A stretch of 64,000 nucleotides of DNA, from NCBI RefSeq assembly GCF_009914755.1, contig NC_060935.1, one strand, 5' to 3'. Made by a program: the position numbers and the translations under genes. Each line of letters opens with the position of its first letter. The stretch's first letter is position 1. The stretch comes from the human T2T-CHM13v2.0 reference genome, Homo sapiens. Positions 47,901 to 61,723 of this stretch are shown here, in pieces. Below the pieces are notes generated by a model that was given only the letters and a program-made list of their open reading frames with translations, was not told the DNA's origin and ran no database searches.

Positions 47901-50900
47901 TGGGTCAAGGGCCCCCTGCTGTGTGAAACCTCAGTACTTGGTGTCCTGTTTTCCAGCTGCTCCAGCCATAGCCAAAATTGGCTAAAGTATAGCTCAGGGC
48001 ATTGCTTCAGAGGGTGCAAGGCCCAAGCCTTGGCAAATTTCATGTGGTGTTGGTCCTGTGGGGACACATAAAGCAAGAATTGAAGTTTGAAAACCTCCAC
48101 ATAGATTTCAGAGGATATAAGGAAATGCATGGATGTATAGGCCTGGAAAAGCCACACTCAATGCCAGCCCATGAAAGCAGCCAGGAGGTGGGCTATACTC
48201 TGCAAAGCCACAGAGGTGGAGCTTCCCAAGGCTGTGGGAGCCCACCTCTTGCATCAGTGTGACCTGGATGTAAGACATGGAGTCAAATGAGATCATTTTG
48301 AAACTTTAAGGTTTAATGATTGCCCCACTGGATTTCGGACTTGCATGGGGCCTGTAGCCCCTTTGTTGTGGCCAATTCCTTCCATTTGGAATGGGTGTAT
48401 TTATCCAATGCCTGTACCCCCATTGTATCTAGGAAGTAACTAATTTGCTTTTGATTTTATAGGCTCATAGGCAGAAGGGATGTGCCTTGTCTCAGATGAG
48501 ACTTTGGACTTGGACTTTTGGGTGAATACTTGAATGAGTTAAGATTTTGGGGGACTGTTGGAAGGGCATGATTTTGTTTTGAAATGTGATAACATAAGAT
48601 TTGGGAGGGCTGAGGGGCAGAATGATATGGTTTGTTTCTCTGTGCCCCCCCAAATCTCACCTTGAATTGTAATAATCCCTATAGGTCAAGGGAATGATCA
48701 GGTGGAGATAATTGAAACATGAGGGCTGTTTCTACCTTACTGTTCTCATAATAGTGAGGGAGTTCTCATGAGATCTGCTGGTTTTATAAGGGGCTTCTCT
48801 GTTCACTTGGTGCTCATTCTCTCTCCTGCTACCTTGTGAAGAGGTGCCTTCTTCCATAATTGTAAATTTCCTCAGGCCTCTCCAGCCATGCTGGGTTGTG
48901 AGTGAATTAAATCTCTTTCCTTTATAAATTACTCAGTTTGGGGTATGTCTTTATTAGCAGTGTGAGAGTGGACTAATACAACTAGTTTCTGACAAAACAA
49001 ACTTTACAGCAGCAAATATAAAAAAAGACAAAGAAAGGCATTATATAATGGTAAAGGGTTCAATTCAACAAGAAGAGCTAATTCTCCTAAATATATATGC
49101 ACTCAGTACAGGAGTACTCAGATTCATAAACAAGTTCTTAGAGACCTACAAAAAGATTTAGACTCCTGCACAATAATAGTGGGAGACTTTAACACCCCAC
49201 TGTCAATGTTAGAAAGTTAAGACAGAAAATTAATAAAGATATTCGGAACTTGAACTCAGCTGTAGATCAAATGGACCTGATAGATATCTACAGAGCTCTC
49301 CACCCAAAAACAACAGAATATCATTCTTGTCCATGCCATATGGCATGGAACTTACTCTAAAATTGATCACATAATTGGAAATAAAACCCTTCTCAGCAAA
49401 TACAAAAGAACTGAAATCACAACAAACAGTCTCTCAGACCACAATGCAATCAAATTAGAATTCAAGATTAAGAAACTCACTCAAAACCACACAAGTACAA
49501 GAAAATTGAACAACTTGCTCCTGAAAGACTCTTGGGTAAATGATGAAATTAATATAGAAATCAAGAAGTTCTTTGAAACTAACTAGAACAAAGAGACAAC
49601 ATACCAGAATCTCTGGAATGCAGCTAAAGTAGTGTTAAGAGGGAAATTTATAGCACTAAATGCCCACATCAAAAAGCTAGAAGGATCTCAAATCGACATT
49701 CTAATATTACAATGAAATGAACTAGAAAACCAAGAGCAAACAAACCCCAGAGCTAGCAGAAGACAAGAAATAACCAAGCTCAGAGCAGAACTAAAGGAGA
49801 TAGAGACACAAAAAGACCCTTAAAAAAATCAGTGAATCCAAGAGCTGTTTTTTTTTGGAAAAAAAAAAAAAAAGATAAAATAAATAGACCACTAGCCAGA
49901 CTAATGAATAAGAAAAGAGAGAAGAATCAAATAGATGCAATAAAAAATGATAAAGGGTATATCACCACTGATCCCACAGAAATACAAACAACCAACAAAG
50001 AATGTTATAAACACCTCTATGCAAATAAACTAGAAAATCTAGAAGAAATGGATAAATTCCTAAACACATACACCTTCCCAAGACTGAACCAGGAAGAAGT
50101 TGAATCCCTGAATAAACCAATAATAAGTTGTGAAATTGAGGCAGTAATAAATAGCCTACCAACCAAAAAAAGCCCAGGACCAGATGGATTTACAGCTGAA
50201 TTCTATCAGACTTAGAATTCTACCAGAGGTTAAAAGAGGAGCTGGTACCATTTCTTCTGAAACTATTCCAAACAATTGAAAAGGAAGAACTCCTCCCTAA
50301 CTCATTTTATGAGACCAGCATCATCCTAATACCAAAACCTGGCAGAGATACAACAAAAAAGAGCACTTCAGGCCAATATCTCTGATGAACATCAATGCAA
50401 AAATCCTCGATAAAATACTTGCAAACTGCCAGCAGCACATCAAAAAGTTTATCCACCACAATCAAATTGGCTTCATCACTGGGATGCAAGGCTGGTTCAA
50501 CATATGCAAATTAATAAATGTAATTCATCACATAATTATAATTAAAGACAAAAGCCACATGGTTATTTCAATAGATGTAGAAAAGGCCTTCAAAAAAATT
50601 CAATATTCTTTCATGTTAAAAACTCTCAATAAACAAGGTATTGAAGGAATATACCTCAAAATGATTAGAGCCATTTATGAACAAAACCACAGCCAGTATT
50701 ACACTAAATGGGCAAAAGTTGGAAGCATTCCCCTTGAAAACTTGTCCAAGACAAGTATATCTTCTCTCATCACTCCTATTCAACATGGTATTGGAAGTTC
50801 TGGCCTGGACAATCAGGCAACAGAAAGAAATAAAGCATATCCAAATAGGAAAAGACAAAGTAAAATTGTCTTTGTTTGCAGATGACATAATTCTATATCT

Positions 50901-52809
50901 AGAAAACCCCTTATTCTCAGCCCAAAAGCTTTTTAAACTGATAAGCAACTTCAGCAAAGTCTCAGGATACAAAATCAATGTGCAAATATCACAAGCATCT
51001 GTCTACACCAACAACAGACAAGCAGAGAGCCAAATCATGAATGAACTCCCATTTGCAATTGTTACAAAGAGAATAAAACAAATACCAAGGAATACAGGTA
51101 ACAAAGGAAGTGAAGGACCTCTTCAAGGAGAACTACAACTACTCCCCAAGGAAATCAGAAGGACACAAACAGATGCTCTGGGTAGGAAGAATCAATATCG
51201 TGAAAATGGCCATACTGCCCAAAGTAATTTACAGATTCAATGCTATTCCCATCAAGCTACCATTGACATTCTTCACAGAATTAGAAAAAACAATTTTAAA
51301 ACTCATATGAAACCAAAAAAGAACTCATATAGCCAAGACAATTCCAAGCAAAAAGAACAAAGCTGGAGGTATCATGCTACTCGACTTCAAGCTATGCTAC
51401 AAGGCTACAGTAACCAAAATAGCATAGTACTGATATAAAAACAGAGACATAGACTACTGTAACAAAATAGAGAACTCAGAAATAAGACCACACATCTATA
51501 ACCATCTGTTCTTCCACAAACCTGACAAAAACAAGCAATGGGGAAAGTATTCCCAATTTAATAAATGGTGCTGGGAAAACTGGCTAGCCATATGCAGAAA
51601 ATTGAAATTAAAAGTAGACCCCTTCCTTACTCCTTAAACAAAAATTAACTCAAGATGGATTGGATGTAAAACCCAAAGCTATTAAAAACTCCAGAAGAAA
51701 ACCTAGGTTAATGTCATTCAGGACATAGGCACAGGCAAAAGTTTCATGCAATTGATGAAAACAATTGCAACTAAAAAGCAAAAATTGACAAATGGGATCT
51801 AATTAAACTAAAGAGCTTCTGCACAGCAATAGAAACTATTATCTGAGTGAACATACAACCTACAGAGAGGGAGTAAATTTTTGCAATCTAACCATCTGAT
51901 AAAGGTCTAATATACAGAATCTATAAGAAACTTAAATTTACAAGAAAAAAAGCAATCCCATTAAAAAGTGGGCAAATGACATGAATAGACACTTCTCAAA
52001 AGAATGTCTTCTTAAGAAGACAACAAACATATGACATATGACAAGGAGAGCAACATCACTGATCATTAGAGAAATGCAAATTGCAATCACAATGAGATAC
52101 CATCTCATACCAGTCAGAATGGCAATTATTGAAAAGTCAAATAACAACAGATGCTGTAGAGGTTGCAGAGAAATAGAAACACTTTTACACTGTTGGTGGG
52201 AATGTAAATTAGTTCAACCATTATGGAGGACAGAGTGGCAATTCCTCAAAGATCTAGAACCAGAAATATCATTTGGCACAGCAATCCCGTTACTGAGCAT
52301 ATACGCAAAGGAATATACATCATTCTATTATAAAGATAACATGCATGTGTATGTTCATTGCAGCACTATTCATAATAGCAAAGACAGAGAATCAACCCAA
52401 ATGGCCATCAATGATAGACTGGATAAAGAAAATGAGGTACATATATACCATGGAATAGTATGCAGCTGTAAAAAGAAATGAGATCATGTCCTTTGCAGGG
52501 ACATGGATGGAGCTGGAAGCCATTATTCTCAGCAAACTAACACAGGAACAGAAAACCAAACACCACATGTTCTCCCTTGCAAGTGGGAGCTGAACAGTGA
52601 GAACACATGGCTGCAGGGAGGAGAGCAACACACTCTGGGGCCTGTTAGGGGGAGGTGAAGGGAGGGATAGTATTAGGAAAAATAGCTAATGCATACTGGG
52701 CTTAATAGTGAGATGATGGGTTGACAGGTGCAGCAAACTATGGTGACACATATTTGCCTATGTAACAAACCTACACACCCTGCACATGTACCCCAGAACT
52801 TTAAAAAAA
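44982..52809 (+). mobile_element. Near full-length L1PA10-12-like LINE-1, decayed, inside the ERV
   Basis: Part of the 5' UTR, ORF1 (QDIIQENFPNLSRQANIQIQE), ORF2 from ~46680 with EN/RT fragments, 3' UTR and short A tail. Confidence 0.92.
46912..48980 (+). mobile_element. Complete THE1 (THE1C-like) MaLR element: LTR 46912-47267, internal region, LTR 48623-48980
   Basis: TGATATGGTTTG...ATACA LTRs at both ends; 5-bp TSD TCTAG/ACTAG; interrupts the L1 endonuclease region (KKAGVAIL|VSDK). Confidence 0.93.
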
Positions 52810-55107
52810 TTATGACTAATAACATTTACTGAGACATGTCAGCATTTTAGGAATCTTATTATTAATTTCGTAACACATATTAACATATTTATATGAATAT
52901 AACTCAAAGAAAGTTAAACACCATTTTAAATTTGACAGTGTTTCCTGTATGATTTTAATACATCAAGTAAGCTGAATATGTCTCTTTTGGACTTTTGGGG
53001 ACCTTTTTTTAAATTTAGAATATGATCTTGGAAGGCTTGCCAAATATTAAAGGTTTAAAACACTGGATATCACAAAATATGATCACAGGTTATTCATTTA
53101 GCTGAAATGGTAACTCAAAAAAATTTTAAAAGGCAAAAATCCATACTCGCTGATAGAAGAGAGAATCAGCTTTCTAAACAAGACCCAATAAAGGCAGCAT
53201 GAAGCCAGTGAAATCTATCTCTTCTCCCTCCCCGCTCCCGTTTTTGTAGTTTACTCAAAAGGCAAACAAAAATCTTTTATTGTCTCTCAATATTCTATAA
53301 AATTTTTTTTCAAAAGAGAAACCCAAATTTTATTTTTGTATTAGTGTATCTTTAATGCTAAAGCTGGTTTTTAATTAAATTTTATAAATCTATTCAGTTT
53401 TAACTAGTTTGTTCATAAAGTAAGATTTTCATAAACTTTTTATAACTTTATAATATTTTTGTTAAAGAACAAATCAATGTTCAAAAAAATCCTGTTACTT
53501 TGACATATGGGCCAAGATTCTGGCCCTATGTCAGTGTGCATTTGTTTTAATATTTAATTTATGGAAGAACTAAATAATAAATACCCTTTTAATTTTAGTC
53601 AACTTGCCTACTGGCAGAATTCTTTATAAAGTTAATTTTTCATAAACCTTCTATAACTTGCTTAAGCTTTCAATTTTATTTTCTTTCTTACAAGAAAATA
53701 TAATTCTTAAATTTTCTAAATTAGACAAAATTAGTTTTTTGAAAAAAAGATATTCCTATGACTTTGTATCAAAAGCACATAATTTTTCTTTTTAGTGTAA
53801 GCAATTTTAATTAGATAGGTGCAGAGTCTAGGATGCACAACAGAACTGCAGATAAAGTCTGACTGTTTCCAGCACAGCTAGGAGACATGGCTAGCTCCAC
53901 ATGTCCCCAGGCCTTAATTAGAATCTATTGACTCTAAAGCATGTAAATTACACAGTTTTCAAAAGTCAAAGAAACAGTTTATGACATTAAAGTATTTAAC
54001 AAATCTAATCTCTGACTTAATTTAGACCAAATGTCTAAATTTTGAAGACATTTTTATTTTACTAATAATCTTTAAAACTGTTTTTATTTCCCAAAGATTA
54101 CTAAAGTCACATGAACTAGAAGGCATTAGAGTTTCTATTTGTCTGACAAAATATTTAAGTACTTTCATTTTCTTTAAGCCAATTAATTAGAGCTCCTTTA
54201 TATAAAGATCAAACACACAACACTTATAAATACAGAGACAGAAGAAGATGTAGCAGTTGTGAGTTTTTTTTTTCATTTTATGAACCTTATCTCACAACTC
54301 ATACAGGCCATCTATGACATACGTGGACTTTCTGACTTGTCCTATATTTTCCTCTTTCTTCAATAATTCGTCATTCTACTTTAGGACTGGAATTTACTGT
54401 AAAAGATCCTTTCTCATGTTAAATTTCTTTTCTTTATAACCTTCCTTACCATAAATACATCTTCAGATCCATAAATTTCTTTACATATCTATCCTCTACT
54501 AAAGTAATTTCTGATGCCTCCTAAAGTCAAAAATGTCGGGTAATGTGATGCAAAATAGAGCAGAGCCTTAGATTTTGAGAGGAAACTGTCTCTTACACTT
54601 CTTGGGGTTCCATGAGGAAAACAGAGATTTCTCCCAAAATATGCCCTGTGGCACCTTCTCTGTTTTTCCCAAGGAGTCCCAGGCTCTCAGAAATTACCTT
54701 AGGTCCTCTCATGTGGGCATCAAGGTGTCAAGAAGACATACTGGGGAAATAGTTCAGTAGACTGAGAAGAAAAACAAACAAGAAATTTTTCTCAAAAAAA
54801 GGAAAAAAAAAAACAAGATCCAAGTAGAGAAAAGTCATAAAAGCCTTTTAAATATATATGTATAGTATATATACATATATAAATATATATCTTGAATATT
54901 CATTTTTAGTTAAGCTGGTTTTAACCATAGAGTTCTTTAAATAATTTATTTTTTATCTCTTATATGTGACTCTAGCCAGGACAGACAGCCAATATTTCTG
55001 GCTTTTGAATTCTACCACAGGTAACCTCCCATACAAAATTAGTAAGTCTTAACTAAGGTTATGACTTAACCATGGATGCATAAGCTATCTCAGAGATGAT
55101 AAGCAGT

Positions 55108-55275
55108 TTCTTCTCTTTCTTTCTTTCTTTTCTTTTCTTTCTTTCTTTCTCTCTTTCTTTCTTTCTTTCCTTCTTTTTCTTTCTTTCTTTTTCTTTCTTT
55201 CTTTCTTCCTTTCTTCCTTCCATCCTTTCTTCTGTCCTTCCTTCCTTCCTTCCTTCCTTTCTTCCTTTTGTTCTT
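55108..55275. repeat. (TTTC)n/(TTCC)n pyrimidine microsatellite
   Basis: Direct reading. Confidence 0.9.
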
Positions 55276-55954
55276 TTTTCCAAGATTTAGAATCTCCCTA
55301 AAGGTAGTTCAGAGAAAGAAAAAATCAAGACAGAAAATCAGAAGCAGTCCACTCAGGGGGGAAATGAATCAATACATGACAAAAAAAAGAACACAAATAA
55401 CAAACCAGAATGGACTCATTCCTTAAGCCAAGAATTGAACTTGGGCTACCATTGTCAAAAGACAAAGCCTTAGCCACTGAGCTGCAGCACTGAGCAGTTT
55501 CCATTGCTTTTTCCAGAAGGAGGCTACAGCAGCCAATTTCGAGCTTGCAAAGGCTTTTAACTGCTGCTTTTAGGGCCAACTATGATATGAACCCCAAAAT
55601 TCCTCTCCTCTAGATGGCAGAGACCAAGAGAAAGTATCCCCACATGGCCACAAGGTTAAACTCTCAAGGACATAAAACAAGAGAGAGAAACTTCATCCAT
55701 TACTGGTTTCAGGGACCTGCAGCAAAGTTTGTAACCAACAAGCCTGCTAGGCTGGTGTGAAAAGCAGGTGTATAGGGTTCTTAAGCCCACATTCTATCCT
55801 GTGATACTCATCTCTCAATGACAGAATGACACAGAAAGACAAATTCCTGCCACAAAGTACACCAGATTCACTACAGCCTAAGAGTAGTCTCACAAATTCT
55901 TTTTTCTATTAATCAAACCCTTGCAGAGGAGACAAACAGTGATGACATTTACTG

Positions 55955-55956
<2 letters not shown>

Positions 55957-55994
<38 letters not shown>
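55957..55994. repeat. (CA)n microsatellite
   Basis: Direct reading. Confidence 0.95.
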
Positions 55995-55997
<3 letters not shown>

Positions 55998-56829
55998 GCC
56001 AGAAGCCTGGCTGGTAAGAAATTCTTACCCTTTTTGCTGGCACACCATGTTTCTGGGTTCCCTTTCTCTGCAGCTTCCAGAAGAATGGAGTGGCTTTTGA
56101 TGACCCTGCTCCCTCTGCCACAGCTGTGGGGGGCAGATCATGTCAAAAAAGAAAATTATCCATTATGTTTTATGGAATCATAGACAAAACTTTTCAATTT
56201 TGCAAGATACTGCCCAATAGGTTGCATGAGTTACCAAATTAACATTTTCCTTCCCAGCTGAGGAAAATATACATAACAAACGGACACTAGTTACCTCGGT
56301 CAGCACCCAATATCAACATGGCAAGACTCAAACTTTCTCCCCTTGGTCCTTGTCACCTTTGATCCACTCAAGGTGGGGAGGGATGACCTCTGACTGGGAA
56401 TTTTGGAGGTGTTCTCTGGGCAAGATGAAGAGCAGACAGTCATCCCAAGTCAGGCCTGTTGAGCTTTCTTCAGGACTCACCAAATGTGACCAGAACTTGG
56501 GTTCTCCAAGTTAGGCCTGCTGGACTTCTGTCAGCAATTCCTTTAGAGATCCCCTCCACATATACAAACACACACACACAAAAATACAAGACAGACAAAA
56601 GGTCTTCCAAACCAAGATCCCTAACCAAGAATTCCAAGAGTATTCCTTCCAAACTAGCCGCCTATTCTCCAACTGAGAAATCTCCCCCAAATCTTTCTGA
56701 CTGAGGAGAAATCTCCTGAATCACGATTCTTCCTACTAATTAGAAAGAGCCAACAGAGATCCCCGAAGGAGCTCAAAAAATTTGGATAAGAAAGGAGGTG
56801 TTGGCAGTTCCTAGAATACTCACCAAATC

Positions 56830-57003
56830 GGCTACAGTTACAGACACTCCATGATGGGGCTATAGACAGACATCCTGTGATAGGACTACAGTTACAGACA
56901 CTCTGTGGTGGAACTACAGACAGACACTCTGCAGTGGGGATACAGACAGACCCACCACCATGTGGCTACAGACAGACACTCCACTATGGGGCTACAGTTA
57001 TGG
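56830..57003. repeat. 26-28-bp tandem repeat in the ERV leader
   Basis: About 6.5 copies of GCTACAG(TT)ACAGACACTCYRTGRTGGG. Confidence 0.8.
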
Positions 57004-57220
57004 GATAGGACATGTCCCCAGGACTATTTCTTTATTGCAATTAAATCCATGCACATTAGATCAGCAGTGCCCTACCGGTAGAGATGGTACTAGAGTAGAG
57101 TCAGCCCCTGTCCAGGAGAACTAGATGGTCACTTGGCTGGCCTCTGGATTGGTTGCCAGAGGGGGCTATTGAACCATTAACAGGTAGCCACAAGGGCAAT
57201 CCCAGATGAGCCCCCAAATG

Positions 57221-57950
57221 TGTAACTGCCCAATGGGTTCACCTTGCCCACTGCCTAGATACAGCTGATTTATCAAGACAGGGGAATTGCAATAAAGAAA
57301 GACTTATTCACACAGAGCTTGTTGTGTGGGAGACTGAAGTTTTATTATTATTCAAATCAGTCTCCTGGAAAACTCGGGGACTGAAGTTTTTAAGGATAAT
57401 TTGGTGGGTAGGGGTCATGAAGTGAGGAGTGCTAATTGGTTAGGTTGGAGATGAAATCATAGGGGGTCAGAATGAGTTTTTCTTGCTGTCTTCTGCTCCT
57501 GGATGGGATTGCAGAACTGGTTGCACCAGATTACAGGTCTGGGTGGTGTCAGCTGGTGCATCATAATGCAGGGTTTGCAAAATATCACGAGCACTGATCT
57601 GAGGTTTTACAATAGTGATGTCATTGCCAGGAGCAATTTGGGAGGCTTAGAATCTTGCAGCCTCCAGCTGCGTGACTACTAAACCATAATTTCTAATCTT
57701 GTGACCAACTTGTTAGTCCTGCAAAGGTGGTCTAGTTCCCAGGCAGGAAGGGGTTTATTTTGGGAAAGGGCTATTATCATCTTTGTTTCAAAGCTAACTT
57801 ATAACCTAAGTTTCTCCCAAAGTTAGTCTGGCTTATTCCTAGGAATGAACAAGGACAGCTTGGGGGTTAGAAGCAAGATGGAGTCGGTTAGGTCAGATCT
57901 CTTTCACTGTAATAATTTTCTCAGTTATGATATTTGCACGGGTGGTTTCA
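57221..57950 (-). repeat. 5' LTR (LTR8-like)
   Basis: Homologous to 41983-42679 and adjacent to the PBS. Confidence 0.9.
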
Positions 57951-59447
57951 GGAGTCCAGTACAGAGTAAAATGCATGGACCAGGAAGCTTAAGGGTGTTC
58001 TTTGTATTGTATGCTTGGTGTGAGCTATGAGGGATGTTTAAAAGCAGAAAAAATTGCTATCAGTAAGAAGATTCAGGCATCCTTTTTTATCTAGATGGGA
58101 GAAAAATAATAAATTGATTGTATATTCAGAAGAAAACCAGATTGTTCAGTAGAAAAATTCATTTCCTGGAATTGAAATCACCATCAAATATCATTTTTAA
58201 ATGGATTTTATTTTCAAAATGAAAAAGGCTTTTTGTTTGTTTCTGATTATAAAAGTAATGGGATTAATGGGAAAGATAATGGTATAAGTGCACATTTATC
58301 TATGCCTTATATTTACTGAAATGAAGTAAAACAATGAACTAAAAGAAAGTAAACTTCATTAATGCTGGAACTAGAGCAGGCTTCATCTTTATAAAACAAT
58401 CTCGGGATAAAGGATGCCAAGGGCAGGTTCATGATCTTCCTGTTCATGTGCACAGTGGGCTGGGCTGTGGGAAGTGGGTGGAGCTGGGTCACAGGAACCT
58501 CAGTGGCACGTCTCAATCAGAGGAGCAGATACTGTTGGCATGATTGGGCTGGAGGCAGAATGGAAAACATCTTACTTAGAATGAAGTGAGGCCTAGAAGA
58601 GAAATTGTATGACTAAATAATGCCATTATGATTCTATGACTTCCCAAGCAGTAGAGATCTACAGGTGAACATTTACTGCAGCTGCAAACCAGGAATAATA
58701 GTATTGATTTGCAAAATTAAATGTACACTAAGCTTTTAAGACCTCTCAATATTGAAAATAGATTGCATATCAGAAGTAGTAAAATAAATCCAAATTTAGG
58801 GTATGCCTCCCATGGAATATGGCATAGCACAGAATGAATAATAAATGTTTTAAAATAAATACAGTAAGAAAATGCAGTCAAATTTCCCAGACTGCAGTTG
58901 CAGATAGACACAGCTCCATACCCACTGATCCACCTGCCCATGATAGACAGCTTATACCAGAGAAGAGAGAATATTTCCTGTAAAAATCCCTCCCTTTAGC
59001 ATTAGTGCTAATGGCAAGATCAAAATAATGCTTGAGTAAATAGGAAGGAGACTCAAGGAGTTTCTACCAATACTAATCAGGGACAAATTTTAGACTTGCA
59101 TTAAGAGATACATATGCAGGAAAATATTCAGCATGCAAACCAAATAAACATTTTATAGTGAAAAGGATTAAAAGAACATTTTATGCAAAAGATGGATGAA
59201 AGTAACATTTTGGAACATTTACTCTAGGAAACAGAAACATTTTAACTATAACCACATTGTGCTTTCAGGGAAATTAAAGAAAACAAGGATTCAAGCAGGA
59301 AATTTTATGATAGGGTGAGATAGAAAGCTACTGGAAAAACTAAGGTAAAAAGAAAAGGAAGAAAAGGATCACTTTCCAGACATAAATAACATTATACTAA
59401 TGTTAGTTTCCTGCTTTAATAATGATACTGTATTTCTGTAAGTTGTT

Positions 59448-59485
59448 TATATGTGTGTATACATGTGTGTATGTACATATATGTG

Positions 59486-59518
<33 letters not shown>
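59448..59518. repeat. (TG/TA)n microsatellite
   Basis: Direct reading. Confidence 0.85.
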
Positions 59519-59520
<2 letters not shown>

Positions 59521-59819
59521 AGTTATATCTATACAGATCTCACTGTTGCACTGTTGAACAATGAGATCTATATCCCAGCATCTAGAGCACTGGGATATAG
59601 TAGGTACTCAATAAATATTTTTTGAATGAATGAATCAATTTCACTCATAGTGGTGTGCCATAGTGGTAAAGAGTAATCATCAGAATTATTCAGGGAGTTG
59701 TTTAAAAATACAGAAATCTAGGTTTCATCCCATATCTATTTAATTAGAATCGCTGAGGATGTAATAGAAATTGATAAGAACAGAACAATAGTGAGCGACT
59801 TCAACATATGCCTCTCATG

Positions 59820-60384
59820 ATCACACCCAGTGACTCACTTGGAGAATTTGAGCTTCTTGTCTCAGCCATTTGAGGCTCATCATGTCTATAAGTCCTGATT
59901 CCTGGGGTTGGGGGATGGGTATTATTCTACCTGGGCACAGTCAGGATTCTATCAAGCCTCAAGTTATGGCTGCTGCCTGGTAATTTTTGTCTCTCCCTGC
60001 TAGTAAAACAATAGAGAAAGAAAAAACTTACTATACTATGGGGTAGTTAACCCTGATCACTGTAAGGAGGTATGGTTGATGCTAAATAATGGAAGCAGGG
60101 AGAAGTATATCTGGAACCCAGGGAACCTGCTGGGGTATTGCTTTGTATTTCCAACCCAGTTTTAACTGTGAATAGGCAATTACAACAAAGATGACCCAAC
60201 AAAGACTTGATAACTAGAGGCTTTGGCTCCTTAGGGATGAAAATTAGGGTCACAACACCACGAAAGCAATTCAGACCAGCAGAAGTAGTAGACAATGGTG
60301 GAAAGAAATCTGAAGTGGATAGTAAAGGGGTAACATAATAAATATCAGTGATGATCTTGAGATCAACAACTGCAGCAGGGATTC
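59820..60384 (+). mobile_element. ERVL-class internal fragment with dUTPase-like remnant
   Basis: 60046-60153 reads VNPDHCKEVWLMLNNGSREKYIWNPGNLLGYCFVFP, resembling the ERV-L dUTPase region. An LTR16-like LTR follows. Confidence 0.6.
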
Positions 60385-60793
60385 TATGGTATGAATCTGT
60401 GTCCCTTCAAAATTCTGATCTTGTAATTTAAATCCTAAGGTGATGGTATTAAAAGGTGAGGTGTTTTTGGAAGTGATTAAGTCATGAGGGCTCTAACTTC
60501 ATGAATGGGAATAATGAAGTTTATTATGAAAAAGGTTTCAGAGAGCTGTCTAGCCCTTCCATCTCTTCTGTATGTGAGGACACAGTGTTAGTTCCTTTTT
60601 GCCCTTCTACCACGTGAGGATGCAATGAGAAGGTGCCATCTTGGAAGCAGAAAGCAGCCCTGACCAGACAATGAATCTGTTGGCACCTTGAGCTTGGACT
60701 CCCTGCCTCCAGAACTGCGAAAAAAATAAATTTCTGTTCTTTGTACATTACCCAATCTCAGGTATTTTATAGCAGCACAAACAGACTAAGACA
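60385..60793 (+). mobile_element. MST (MaLR) solo LTR
   Basis: CTATGGTATGAAT...GCCATCTTGGAAGCAG...AATAAATTTCTG...CAGACTAAGACA. Confidence 0.85.
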
Positions 60794-60924
60794 GCTTATT
60801 CCATTAACACTTCTCACAAAAAGTCCCATTTTTCCCTAGAATTGTGAACAGCCACTATCCTGAAGAATTAGTGGAGTAAACTTAGTGTGAGGAATAGCGG
60901 ATCCGAACAGCACAAGACCTGGGC

Positions 60925-61495
60925 TGTAGCAGATATTGTTAGTACTCTGCCTACATCTCCTTGGATCCCTTTTACAACTATCATGCTCATCAGCTTCTGC
61001 ATCTTTTTGTCAGGGGTCTCTGGAGACCCTTTATCTCTTCACGTAGAGAGCCAGTTGTTCTTGGGAATTCACAAACCTGAAGGTTAGCTCTTAACCAATG
61101 ACTGATGAGTGTGCAGAATTTAAATATTCTAGCTCCTCAGCTCCTGGGCAGGACTAATATTATAATCTACACTGTATCCAAAGCTCCTCTGTGGGACCGA
61201 GTCAAAATTACCCTACTGGGGACTTGTCTTGATATTGCACTCTTGCTAGAGTGTTTTCCATCTCATTTTTCCTTTATTACCAGTTTTTCTTGGTGATTTT
61301 TTTTTTTCCCTGTAGAGATGAGGTCTCATTTTGTTGCCCAGGCTGGTCTCAGACTCCTGGGCTCAGGCAATCCTCCTGTCTTAGCCTCCCAAGGGCTGGG
61401 ATTATAGGCATGAGCCACTATGCCTGGCCCAGTAATATTTCTTAATAAATCTCATTCACAGGTTCTGATTCTGGGGAATCTGATTTCAGAAACTG
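60925..61495 (+). mobile_element. LTR16-like ERVL LTR containing a FLAM/Alu monomer (61297-61429, minus)
   Basis: TGTAGCAGATATTGTT start, AATAAA near 61444, TTCTGGGGAA end; internal Alu left monomer. Confidence 0.6.
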
Positions 61496-61723
61496 ATAAT
61501 ATGGTTGGGGTTTAGGAAGTGTAAATGATTAAGGTAGAATTTCACCAGTTTGACATGATGGCAATTTGAATCATTACTAAGATGATTTGTAGTTTTTAAG
61601 ACATGCATATTTCTAACTGTCTGCATTTTTGGACTGAAACGCTTGTGCAACACACACATATACCCAGCATTAAATATTTAGATTGTATCTAGACACTGAG
61701 AATTCCCAGTTAACGAAGACTAC

